Source: a virus. Taken from it: a stretch of DNA of 64,000 bases. The notes below the pieces were generated by a model. That model was not told the origin of the DNA, ran no database searches, and saw nothing but the letters and a program-made list of their open reading frames with translations. The stretch is taken from IMG/VR virus record IMGVR_UViG_3300047444_000617, positions 1 to 64,000 of that record; one strand, written 5' to 3'. Made by a program: the position numbers and the translations under genes. Below, piece after piece: positions 48,634 through 57,110 of this stretch; the first letter of the stretch is position 1, and each line of letters opens with the position of its first letter.

Positions 48634-49148
48634 ATGTTGGCGAGGGCGCCGAACGAGACACCGTGGCGGGTGAAGGAGTCGGTCAGTAGCAGACCGATCT
48701 CCGGCCCCATGACCTCGCGCACCATGTGCAGGAAGGTGCTGGCGAACACGGCGTCGTGATGCTCTCCGCGCGGCGCGAGGTGGTGGCTCAACTCGTGCAG
48801 GATTACCAGTTCCCGCATAGCCCAGGATGACTCACCCGGCTTGTGGTCGGGGATGGCGAACACCTGGCCCAGCGACTCGTAGTGGGCGAACCGGTCGCCC
48901 TTGCGCTGGCGGACGCGGACAGGCAGGACAGTGCGCTCCGGCCAGGTACTGCGGACCCAGTTCAGGGCCAGCACGGCGTCGATGTAGCGCTGGATGCTGT
49001 CCAGGTCGCCGAACTTGCGCTCCCGGGGAACGAGGAGGCTGGATCCGTAGAAGTCGAAGGTGGGGACGTCGACACCGGCGAGGGAGTCGAGCGTGCGGCG
49101 GACCATCTTCTCGGCCTCGTAGACCTTGGACTTCTGGTTGTCGCGCAC
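48630..49148 (-). CDS. HEXXH metallohydrolase (TIGR04338/Rv0185-like)
   Basis: RDNQKSKVYEAE, ERKFG, WAMRELVILHELSHHL...HDAVF. Confidence 0.85.
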   Translation of the reverse strand: MRDNQKSKVYEAEKMVRRTLDSLAGVDVPTFDFYGSSLLVPRERKFGDLDSIQRYIDAVLALNWVRSTWPERTVLPVRVRQRKGDRFAHYESLGQVFAIPDHKPGESSWAMRELVILHELSHHLAPRGEHHDAVFASTFLHMVREVMGPEIGLLLTDSFTRHGVSFGALANI

Positions 49149-49150
49149 CG

Positions 49151-49501
49151 TCAGGACTCCTTGCCAGTGAGAGCAAAGATGACCTTGCGCTTGGCCTCGG
49201 CGTAACCGAGCTTGAAGCCCTGCTCCTTGGCCGCGTTGACCAGGTTCTCGGTGTGGGAGCGGGCGCCGCGCTCGGAGGTGCCACTACCCATGATCAGGAC
49301 GATGTTGTCGGAGATCTCGTACTCCAGTGGACGGCGAGGGTGCTCGATGACGGGGCCCTTGTCGCGGCCCGCGTTGTAGATGCCGTCCAGGGCGCGGCGC
49401 AGGTCGTCAATGTTCAGGTCCGCTCCCTGGCCGACCAGCTCGATGACGGCCGCGTACTTCTTCTCAAGGGCAAGGTAGTCGCGGACGCTGTTATCGGTCA
49501 T
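49151..49501 (-). CDS. Hypothetical protein
   Basis: Leader CCCCACACCAGGAGG. Confidence 0.6.
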   Translation of the reverse strand: MTDNSVRDYLALEKKYAAVIELVGQGADLNIDDLRRALDGIYNAGRDKGPVIEHPRRPLEYEISDNIVLIMGSGTSERGARSHTENLVNAAKEQGFKLGYAEAKRKVIFALTGKES

Positions 49502-49643
49502 GGTGTGCTCCTCCTGGTGTGGGGGCTGGTCTTGGTGACGAGAGATACGGTACTCAGGAATCGGTAGCTGTCAAGCCGTATCCCAAAGAGACAGGCCGCG
49601 AGCCGCTGACATGCGACTCACGGCCTGGGGGAGGCTGCAGGAA

Positions 49644-50033
49644 TTACTTCGTGGCGGTCGGAGTTACGTCCGTCGTGTCCTTCGGGCACGGAATGGTCAC
49701 GTGCGCGGAGTGGGTGTACTTGAGTCCGTTCACGACCGCGTAAGGCGTGTCCGTGGATGTGGGCGCCGGGGACGGACCGACCACGAAAGTCACCTTGCAC
49801 AATCCGCCGGGATTCTGCGTCGCAGGTGCCTTTACGTACTTGATGACCGTGCGCGTAGGTTCCGGCGAGACGTCCGAAGAGAAATCCGATACGGATCTGG
49901 TGGTCTCCTGTACAGAAATTCCGATATGAAGTCCGCCAGAAGTCTGGTTCGGAATGCTAGCGATTCCGACTGCGGGAATGGCGACGAGAACTGCTGCGGC
50001 TGCTGCGGCCTTCAGGCCGTGGGGTATGGGCAT
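49644..50033 (-). CDS. Secreted hypothetical protein
   Basis: N-terminal hydrophobic signal, Thr/Pro-rich. Confidence 0.5.
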   Translation of the reverse strand: MPIPHGLKAAAAAAVLVAIPAVGIASIPNQTSGGLHIGISVQETTRSVSDFSSDVSPEPTRTVIKYVKAPATQNPGGLCKVTFVVGPSPAPTSTDTPYAVVNGLKYTHSAHVTIPCPKDTTDVTPTATK

Positions 50034-50083
50034 AATCCGACTCCAATATCCTGCGGAAGAGTGAGAGGTACCTGCGGTATTTT

Positions 50084-50239
50084 CTACCCGCCGAGAAGCA
50101 CCGTACCGAAGCCGTCGCAGTGCACGCAGTCGGCCCTGTCGCGGTCCTCCCCCGTGCCGTGGCACCGCTTGCACTCGACCTCGACGTCAGCGTCCTCGTC
50201 GCTGTCGGCGGAAGACACTGCATTCACGTACGTGCTCAT
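50084..50239 (-). CDS. DnaJ-type CxxCxGxG zinc-finger micro-protein
   Basis: CKRCHGTG...CVHCDGFG; 51 aa, not in ORF track in this frame. Confidence 0.55.
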   Translation of the reverse strand: MSTYVNAVSSADSDEDADVEVECKRCHGTGEDRDRADCVHCDGFGTVLLGG

Positions 50240-50248
50240 GAGAAGTAC

Positions 50249-51790
50249 TTACTCTCCCTGTTCGTTGAAGAAAGTTGGTACATCGACGACCTCAGCGTCG
50301 ATGAATCCGCTCGACTGCTCGATCATCCGGTCCGCTGACATCGGACGGTCGAGCGTTGTCATCTGCTCCCCCGCGTCCCGCCCGAAGATCCGGCTGATCA
50401 TCCCCGCCTGGGCGCCGTTCCCCTTGGCTTCCAGTTTCACGGAGAAGCCCTCCTGCTCCAGTTCGGTCTTGACCTTGACCAGTTTCTGAAGCCGGTCGAT
50501 CTCGCCGGACAGGTTCGGATCCGCGTATCCGCCGGTCATGTCCTCGACCATCTTCATGAAGAGCACCCGCTGCGCCTGCATCTCGATGAGCGAGTTCTGC
50601 AGCGACTGCATCTGCTGCTTGCTCTTCACCTGTACCGGGATGTCGTACGCGCAGTTGCTGTGCTGGTCGTACGCCGGGCACTTCGAGGACAGGAAGCAGG
50701 AGGAGCACTGCCGCATGGACTGGCTGCGCACCGTGACCAGGGGGACGTCACGTTCCTTGTTGAGCCCGTCCTCGGGGTCGGTGTAGGTCTCCTTCTCCTG
50801 CACCAGGCCGATGACCGGCAAGTTGGTACGCGGCCGGTCCTTCCTGGGCATGGGAGTTGATACGCCGTTGAGCGGTTCGGAGTCCGCCGTACCAACTTCA
50901 CCCCCCTGCAATTGAGCGAAACCGGAAAGTAGCCCGGAGGGGGAGGTAGTAACTGCTTCGGGTGAGTTCGGGCGGTGCTGCTCGATGGAGGCCGCCAACT
51001 GCTGCCACGACCAGATGGTGAAGCGCAGGACCTCGTCGTTGTCGCCGTCCTCGATCTTGTCGGCGTCGAAGCCCGCTTCTATGAATAGCGTGCGGTGCCT
51101 CTTTCGTGCCTGCTCCTTGTACTTCTTCGGGTAGCGCTTCAATTCCCGGCCGGTCCACACAATGGTGTCCCCGTATTGGCTGGGGGAAAGCCAGGAGGTC
51201 GACGCCACGCTGTCCCAGGTGACGGCTGCCATTTCCGCTGGCTTCGTCATGGCGACGCCGTGGAGCAGCGTGCCGTATTTCCTGGTGATCTCGTTGAGGA
51301 CCGGTGTGAGATTCCGTCCGTCGAGATCCGTCTGGGTAACTCCGACGCGCTTGTATCGCTGGGCGAGGCGGTCGAGTTCTTCGACTCCCCATTCCGCGTG
51401 CCATATGGGAAGGAATTTGTCTTCCGGGATGTCCTCCCAGAAGTCCTCCCGCATTGCGGCTATCCATTCGCGTCCGAGAACGACCGCGTCGAACTCGGAC
51501 ACCATATGAAGCGAGTCGATGTTCTGCTGGACGAACGCCATGTAGTGCGCGGCGATTTCCTTCAGTTCAGCGACGGAGTACTTGTCGTCCTCGGCCTTGT
51601 TCACCGTGTAGGCGCCGGAGTCCAGGAACACCTTCTGGTTGGGCAGGTAGTGGTCCTGGATCAGCCAGGGCCTGGAGAACTTGGTGCGTCGCCGCAGCCC
51701 CATGTACGACAAGGAGACGTTCTCCACGCCTTCCTCGGCCAGCATCTTCCGCCAGCCTGGAATCTCAGAGCCTCCCAGAAAGAGGTGCAC
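50249..51790 (-). CDS. TGT/DpdA-like barrel fused to Cys4 C-terminal domain
   Basis: FLDSGAYT, PIWH, LHGVAMT, DSVASTSW...YG; CSSC...CP...C. Confidence 0.6.
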   Translation of the reverse strand: MHLFLGGSEIPGWRKMLAEEGVENVSLSYMGLRRRTKFSRPWLIQDHYLPNQKVFLDSGAYTVNKAEDDKYSVAELKEIAAHYMAFVQQNIDSLHMVSEFDAVVLGREWIAAMREDFWEDIPEDKFLPIWHAEWGVEELDRLAQRYKRVGVTQTDLDGRNLTPVLNEITRKYGTLLHGVAMTKPAEMAAVTWDSVASTSWLSPSQYGDTIVWTGRELKRYPKKYKEQARKRHRTLFIEAGFDADKIEDGDNDEVLRFTIWSWQQLAASIEQHRPNSPEAVTTSPSGLLSGFAQLQGGEVGTADSEPLNGVSTPMPRKDRPRTNLPVIGLVQEKETYTDPEDGLNKERDVPLVTVRSQSMRQCSSCFLSSKCPAYDQHSNCAYDIPVQVKSKQQMQSLQNSLIEMQAQRVLFMKMVEDMTGGYADPNLSGEIDRLQKLVKVKTELEQEGFSVKLEAKGNGAQAGMISRIFGRDAGEQMTTLDRPMSADRMIEQSSGFIDAEVVDVPTFFNEQGE

Positions 51791-51853
51791 GGTTGGTTTC
51801 TCCGAATCTTGTTCGTTGGTCCGGCAAGCCTATCCATTCAAGGCCTTTGCCTA

Positions 51854-52534
51854 TTACTTCTTGAGCGGCTTGACGGCGCTCGCGGGGAACAGGCCGGGCT
51901 GGGTGACGCGCGGCTTGCGGGCGGCCGTCGACTTCGGCTTGACCGCCTTGGGGCCCTCGCTGGCGGCCAGACCGAACTGCTGTGGGGCGCGGACCTGGCT
52001 CGGGCCGAACAGACCCTTCTGCACGGCGCGCTGCGGCGCCTTGGGAGCAGCCGGTGCCGGAGCCGACGGCTTGGCGGGGGCGGAGTACGGCTTGTCGAAC
52101 TCGCGCAGGTCCTGCACCTGCGAGGGGTGCGGGGCGGCCATCGGTGCGCTGGTGTGGGTGCTCGGCCGGTTGAAGGCGTTGTGGAAGTCCTCCCACGCGC
52201 CGCCCGACGGCTTGCTCTGCGCCTGGATGGAGTCCATCCGGGCGTTGAAAGTATGAAGGAGGTCGGAGGCTGCGGCGCTGTGCTTGGCCTGCCAGGTGTC
52301 GGCGGAGCGGCTGAACGACTTGCCGACCTTCTGCACGTCGCCGCTGGGGGTCGAGGAGGGGGCCTGGGTGGGCGCCGGGGAACCCTTCGGGCCCGGTCGG
52401 CGGCTGGGGGTCCTGGCAGGGTTCTCCAGGGCGCTCAGGCGGTCCTCGACGGAGCGCTTGCCGTGGAACTGCAGCGGGTGCAGGTAGCGGTCGCGGAACT
52501 GGGTGGCTATGGAGTGGAAAGCGAAGGCGCTCAT
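51854..52534 (-). CDS. Basic Pro/Ala/Ser-rich hypothetical protein
   Basis: Low-complexity 226 aa with repeated Q(K/P)GLF. Confidence 0.55.
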   Translation of the reverse strand: MSAFAFHSIATQFRDRYLHPLQFHGKRSVEDRLSALENPARTPSRRPGPKGSPAPTQAPSSTPSGDVQKVGKSFSRSADTWQAKHSAAASDLLHTFNARMDSIQAQSKPSGGAWEDFHNAFNRPSTHTSAPMAAPHPSQVQDLREFDKPYSAPAKPSAPAPAAPKAPQRAVQKGLFGPSQVRAPQQFGLAASEGPKAVKPKSTAARKPRVTQPGLFPASAVKPLKK

Positions 52535-52830
52535 GGTCGGGTGTCCCTCCGGACGAAGTAGAGGTAGCGGTGTCCGGCCAGGAAGGAGGCGAGGAAACCG
52601 ACGTTGATCAGTGACCGCGCCGAGGTGGCTGAGGTCAGGAAGACCGCCGTGAAGGCGACGACGTTGGCGCTGTAGACGAACAAGGTGGCGGCCAGCCACT
52701 TCTCCGCCCGGCCCAGCCGGTACCAGACGGGGAGGTTCGCGCGCAGCAGCAGTGCCGCGAAGGACGCGCCGGTCAGGACGGCGAGGATGCGTGCGATGGC
52801 GATGACGACGAGGTATCCGTAGGTGCTCAA
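52531..52830 (-). CDS. Three-TM membrane protein
   Basis: TTG start overlapping upstream stop; hydrophobic helices. Confidence 0.55.
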   Translation of the reverse strand: MSTYGYLVVIAIARILAVLTGASFAALLLRANLPVWYRLGRAEKWLAATLFVYSANVVAFTAVFLTSATSARSLINVGFLASFLAGHRYLYFVRRDTRP

Positions 52831-53321
52831 AGGATCTCCATGTGTGGGCGCTGGTCTTCTTCGCGCAGTGCTTGCTGACGCTCCACCTCCTCGCGCAGTA
52901 CCGACCAGGGGGTGACGGTTTCCTTGTAGTCGGGCCGGAACCTGGGGGATGCGTAGTTGGGGTGGAGGTAGTTCAGGACCGCTACGCCGTGGGCCATCAC
53001 GTGCGCGGCGATGGTGGGGTCCGGCTCGATCAGCAGCTCGACGCTGCACCCGGCCTGGCGGAGACGGGAGATCTGCTGCATCCGGCGCTCTCCGGGGTCT
53101 TCGGGGTCGCGGAGTTTCGCAGGGGTGATGTAGGGGTGCTTGTTGAAGCCGTTGACCCGCAGCCAGTAGTTGACCGGCTCGATGTCGGTGTCGTCGGTGA
53201 TCAGGGCGACCTTGTAGGTCTCCATCAGGCCCCAGTACAGGCGCTGGCCCTGGTGGATGACGGCCTGTCCGACCTCCTTGGCCAGTACCCCCTCGACGAC
53301 AATGGCGACGGTGGCGGTCAC
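52827..53321 (-). CDS. Degenerate HAD-fold protein
   Basis: AIVVEGVL at motif-I position, LITD, LLIEPD. Confidence 0.5.
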   Translation of the reverse strand: MTATVAIVVEGVLAKEVGQAVIHQGQRLYWGLMETYKVALITDDTDIEPVNYWLRVNGFNKHPYITPAKLRDPEDPGERRMQQISRLRQAGCSVELLIEPDPTIAAHVMAHGVAVLNYLHPNYASPRFRPDYKETVTPWSVLREEVERQQALREEDQRPHMEIL

Positions 53322-54313
53322 TGGCCACCCCGGTAGGGGGTGTTCCACAGGGCGGCCTTGGCAAGGGCGGTGGCTGCGTCCTCCAGGGGAGCGCCGTACA
53401 GGTCGATCTCCTGGGCGCTGCGGGCTTCGACGTCCATGCTGGCCAGCGTGTCCAGGGCCTGTACGGTCCCGGCCTCCTTGTGCGACTGCCACCGGAAGTT
53501 GGCGTAGTCGCCGTATCCCTCGCCGGTGGCGGTGAACGCCGCGCGTCGGCCGAGGTGTATGTCGTCGAACATGGCCTTGGCCTGCTGTACGACGATCTTC
53601 TGCGAGGACAGGGCGTTCTTCCAGCCCGGGGAGTTGTGGGTGAACGTGGCCGCCTGGGAGCGCAGCCGCTTGTACCGCTCGACCATGCGCCGCACGTCGA
53701 GGCGTTCGGCCTCGATGGCGTCCCGCCATTCCTTCGGGTACAGGCTGCGCGGGTCGTCCGGCAGCTCGGGCGGCCGGATGTCCCAGCGGTTGGCAGTGAG
53801 GTTGTAGGCGGCATAGGGGTGGATCGCCGCGATCGAGGACGCCGTGGTGCCGGGGTTGAGGTAGTAGGTGACCTCGTACGTCTGGCCGTGGAAGTCTGTT
53901 TGGGCGGTGTGGGGCCAGAGGTTCTTCTTGAGGTCGGAGTTGAGCAGGTCTGCGAATTCGCTCTCCGGCATCCCCTGGTAGGCCGGATTGGCCTGGCAGA
54001 ACTTCGGGTAGTCGACGCCGAAGAGAACGTCGAGATCACCGTTTCCGCGATCTCCGGCCCACTGGTAGGAGATGCCGGATCCGGCCAGCCACACTCCGAG
54101 CCAGGAATTGCGCGCTCTGTACCGGGTGTCGAGGAATCCGCTCAGCACGCCGAGTATGTGGTCGCGGACGTCGGGCTTGATCTGCTGCCCGTTGAAGATG
54201 TGCGGGTCCAGTCCGTGCTGGGGTGCGCTGAAATACCCGGAGGCGCCCGTATGAATGTCGGGCTGCTCTCTCTGGGCCACCGCGCGATTGAGATAGAACT
54301 CGTATCCGGCCAT
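53318..54313 (-). CDS. Pol-beta superfamily nucleotidyltransferase
   Basis: LAGSGISYQW...GDLDVL and YEVTYY third acidic position. Confidence 0.75.
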   Translation of the reverse strand: MAGYEFYLNRAVAQREQPDIHTGASGYFSAPQHGLDPHIFNGQQIKPDVRDHILGVLSGFLDTRYRARNSWLGVWLAGSGISYQWAGDRGNGDLDVLFGVDYPKFCQANPAYQGMPESEFADLLNSDLKKNLWPHTAQTDFHGQTYEVTYYLNPGTTASSIAAIHPYAAYNLTANRWDIRPPELPDDPRSLYPKEWRDAIEAERLDVRRMVERYKRLRSQAATFTHNSPGWKNALSSQKIVVQQAKAMFDDIHLGRRAAFTATGEGYGDYANFRWQSHKEAGTVQALDTLASMDVEARSAQEIDLYGAPLEDAATALAKAALWNTPYRGGQ

Positions 54314-54391
54314 GACAACGATTCTAGCCGGAAATGGTAATCCCCCCGATTCCGAGTGGGGAATCGAGGGGATTTCTAGTTGGTATTTCTC

Positions 54392-54778
54392 TTACATCTT
54401 GAGGGCGGCGCGGAGCCGGGCCTCCTCGGCCTGCCGCTGCATGGCGGCGCCCGCCATGATCATCTGCTGCTGGGTGCGCTGGGCGGTCTCCATGGCCTGG
54501 ATGTCCTTCTGCACCACGGAGGCCGCACCGTAGATGTCGTCGAAGGTGGCGCCTCGGTCCAGCACCAGGTCGAGGGCGATGGCGAGGTTGGCGTCCGCCA
54601 CGACGGCGCCGTCCTTGCCGACGACGACGAGGAACGCGGTGGTGACGCGGGTGCCCGTCTCCTCGGCGGTGGGCGGGTTGTCCTCGGCCATCTTGGCCAG
54701 GGCCTGCTTCTGCTCGTCGGTGAGGTCGGTATGAAGCGGGGTGCTGGTGGTCTGGCCGAGGATCGGGATGTCAGTCAT
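54392..54778 (-). CDS. Hypothetical protein
   Basis: GGAG RBS, terminator-like hairpin 54335-54376. Confidence 0.65.
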   Translation of the reverse strand: MTDIPILGQTTSTPLHTDLTDEQKQALAKMAEDNPPTAEETGTRVTTAFLVVVGKDGAVVADANLAIALDLVLDRGATFDDIYGAASVVQKDIQAMETAQRTQQQMIMAGAAMQRQAEEARLRAALKM

Positions 54779-54812
54779 GTGATGCTCCAGGTTGGGTTCG
54801 GGTGGTACCGGG

Positions 54813-55298
54813 TTACTTGTAGAGACCGGCCTTCGCGCGGGCGGCGGTCACGACCAGCGAGTGGACGGGGCAGAACTCGCACAGGTAGCGGTCCTGGGCG
54901 CTGCGGTACTTCGGCAGGCCTGCCGCCTTGCGCTCGGCGGCCGTGTCGGGGGTGAGCCGCTTGGAGCCGGTCTTGTAGTCCGAGCAGGCGGGGTTGCGGT
55001 TGTGCGACTTCCAGCAGGAGTGCGCGTCTTCCTGGAAGGTGTTCTTGGCGTTGTAGAACGCCGGGTCCAGGCCGGTGTGCCCCGTCTTCTCGCGTATCTG
55101 CGCGATGATCGACTTGCGGGTGCTCTCACTGTCCCAGTGCTTCTTCTCCACCCGCATCAGGGGGTGGGCGATGTGCTCGGGGTGCTTTTGCACCAGGGCT
55201 TCGAGGAGGAAGTCGTTCTCGGGCCTGCCCTCGTAGTCGGGCAGTTCCTCCAGCGACCCGCAGGTCTTGCAGAGGAGCAGTCGTACGTGCTCGGCCAT
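54813..55298 (-). CDS. Cys-rich hypothetical protein
   Basis: CKTC, C...H...C, LCEFCPVH. Confidence 0.65.
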   Translation of the reverse strand: MAEHVRLLLCKTCGSLEELPDYEGRPENDFLLEALVQKHPEHIAHPLMRVEKKHWDSESTRKSIIAQIREKTGHTGLDPAFYNAKNTFQEDAHSCWKSHNRNPACSDYKTGSKRLTPDTAAERKAAGLPKYRSAQDRYLCEFCPVHSLVVTAARAKAGLYK

Positions 55299-55395
55299 GG
55301 TGTCCTTCCGAATCAATGCCAGGTGGCGTACAACATAGCATCCCTGTTACCGCATTGGAAACGGTAACAGGGATGCGTTTACTGAGGGATGAGGG

Positions 55396-56394
55396 TTACT
55401 TGCCGGTGGCCAGGTAGCGGCCGAGCAGGACGTAGGAGTCCCCGCCCGTCGCGCCCTGGATCGCGACCTGCTTGCCGTTGATGACGACCTGGCCCGCCTT
55501 GGCGTGCGTGTAGCCCAGGGCGGCGTTGGCCGGACCGCCGACCGCGACGACGACGTCACCGGCAGCCAGAGCCGCCTTGGCCACGTCCACACGGCCGGTC
55601 GAGACGGCACCCTTGGGCTGGAAGGCGTCGGTTGCCGCCGCTGCCGTCAGGGTGTCGACAGCCTCGCCGAAGATGACCATGGTGTACGCCTTCGTGGGAG
55701 CAGGGGTAGGTGCGGGAACGGGCTTGGGGGTCACGGGGATGACCACCGGCGGCTTGTTGATGACCGGGACCGGGACGGGCTTCGGCTTGGGAGCCGGAAT
55801 GGCCAGGGCGGCCCAGGTATGAAGGTCACCGTTGAACATGTCGTTGTCCAGGCCGCCGACGATGCCGTACTGGTGCAGCGTCCACACCTTCCACGGCCCG
55901 ATCCTGGGGTGGCCCGCCGGGTTGGCCGGGTCGGCGATCCACAGCGGGTAGGACGTCAGGACGGCCTTGTTGGCCGCCGAGCACGCGGCGTAGACGTTGG
56001 TCATCCAGTACTCGTTGACGTACAGGATGGGAGAGGCACCGGTCTTGGCCTTCACGTGCGCCAGCCACCGCAGTGCGTACTCCGCCCGCTGGGTCCACGA
56101 GCCCTGATCCCACTCCAGGTCCAGCACCAGCACATCGCCGATGACGGCCTTGGCCTTGGACAGGAAGTAGTCGGCTTCCTTGATCGGGTCGTTGGCGGGG
56201 TGCGCGAAGTGGTAGTGCCCGATCGCCTTCTTCGCCTTGCGCGCCGCAGCCACGAACGTGTCGTGGTCCGGGTCGTGGAAGGTCAGGCCCTCGGTCGCCT
56301 TGGCGACGACGAAGGCGTTGCTGCTGCTGGCCACCGCAGCGAGCACCGTCTTGGAAGCGTTGACGTTCGCGACGTCGACACCGTGGAGAGACAT
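55396..56394 (-). CDS. GH25 muramidase (endolysin)
   Basis: HGVDV, KATEG, GHYHFA, LDLE, LWIA, HQY, LDNDMF; Pro-rich linker and C-terminal domain. Confidence 0.9.
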   Translation of the reverse strand: MSLHGVDVANVNASKTVLAAVASSSNAFVVAKATEGLTFHDPDHDTFVAAARKAKKAIGHYHFAHPANDPIKEADYFLSKAKAVIGDVLVLDLEWDQGSWTQRAEYALRWLAHVKAKTGASPILYVNEYWMTNVYAACSAANKAVLTSYPLWIADPANPAGHPRIGPWKVWTLHQYGIVGGLDNDMFNGDLHTWAALAIPAPKPKPVPVPVINKPPVVIPVTPKPVPAPTPAPTKAYTMVIFGEAVDTLTAAAATDAFQPKGAVSTGRVDVAKAALAAGDVVVAVGGPANAALGYTHAKAGQVVINGKQVAIQGATGGDSYVLLGRYLATGK

Positions 56395-56399
56395 CTGAT

Positions 56400-57108
56400 T
56401 CAGAATCCTGCCTGCGCTGGAGGGGTCGGGACGTAGTTGGGGGTGTGCACCGGCTTGCCGTCGGGGCGAACCTTGATCTCCTCCTCATGCCTCCCGTACC
56501 AGACGTCGTTGAGGTCGACGCGGGTCCGGGAGGTCAGGGAGTCGGTCACGCCGATACCACCGCGCTCGGCGATGATCTTCTTGTACTTGCCGTCGGTCAT
56601 TCCCTCCGACAATTCGGCGTTCATGCTCCGGGATGGGGCGTATGCCATTACTTCGCTCGCTTTCCGCTACCGTTCGACCCGACGCGCCGGTCGTTGAAGA
56701 TCGCCAGCGGCTTGGCCGACCCGGTGGAGCCGTGCCGGGCAACGTGGACGACGTTGTCGCCGAATCCGGGACCGCGCTTGTCGTCGGCGCGGCGTGCCTT
56801 CTTGTGCTTGGACATCAGAACCCCCCAATCGTCGGCCTTGAGGTTCCAGAATATCCTCCAAGGCTGCCTGTTCCGTTAGTCGGCCCAGGGTAGTAACGGT
56901 TTATGTTGAGCACGGCCTGAATACTCAGGGCCGTGGTCTTGTATCCGAACCTCGGAGGGAACAGAGGGCGGACAACCTGGGGTGGCGGGCTCTGGAGTGC
57001 AAGCACGTCACCTGGAACATCTGCAATGCCGAGCGCGTCCGTGAGAATCCGCTCAGGAAGAGAGGCCCACGGACGCGTGCGGTCGTACACGGAATCCGGC
57101 TGCTGCAT
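56400..57108 (-). CDS. Small probable virion genes (56400-56648, ~56648-56815, 56815-57108)
   Basis: Coupled small ORFs. Confidence 0.5.
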
Positions 57109-57110
57109 GA

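Noticed and set aside
21566-49575. Repeated TGTCAAG as an L5-type stoperator
   Set aside because: Fully explained as the reverse complement of -35 TTGACA with a correctly spaced -10 box.
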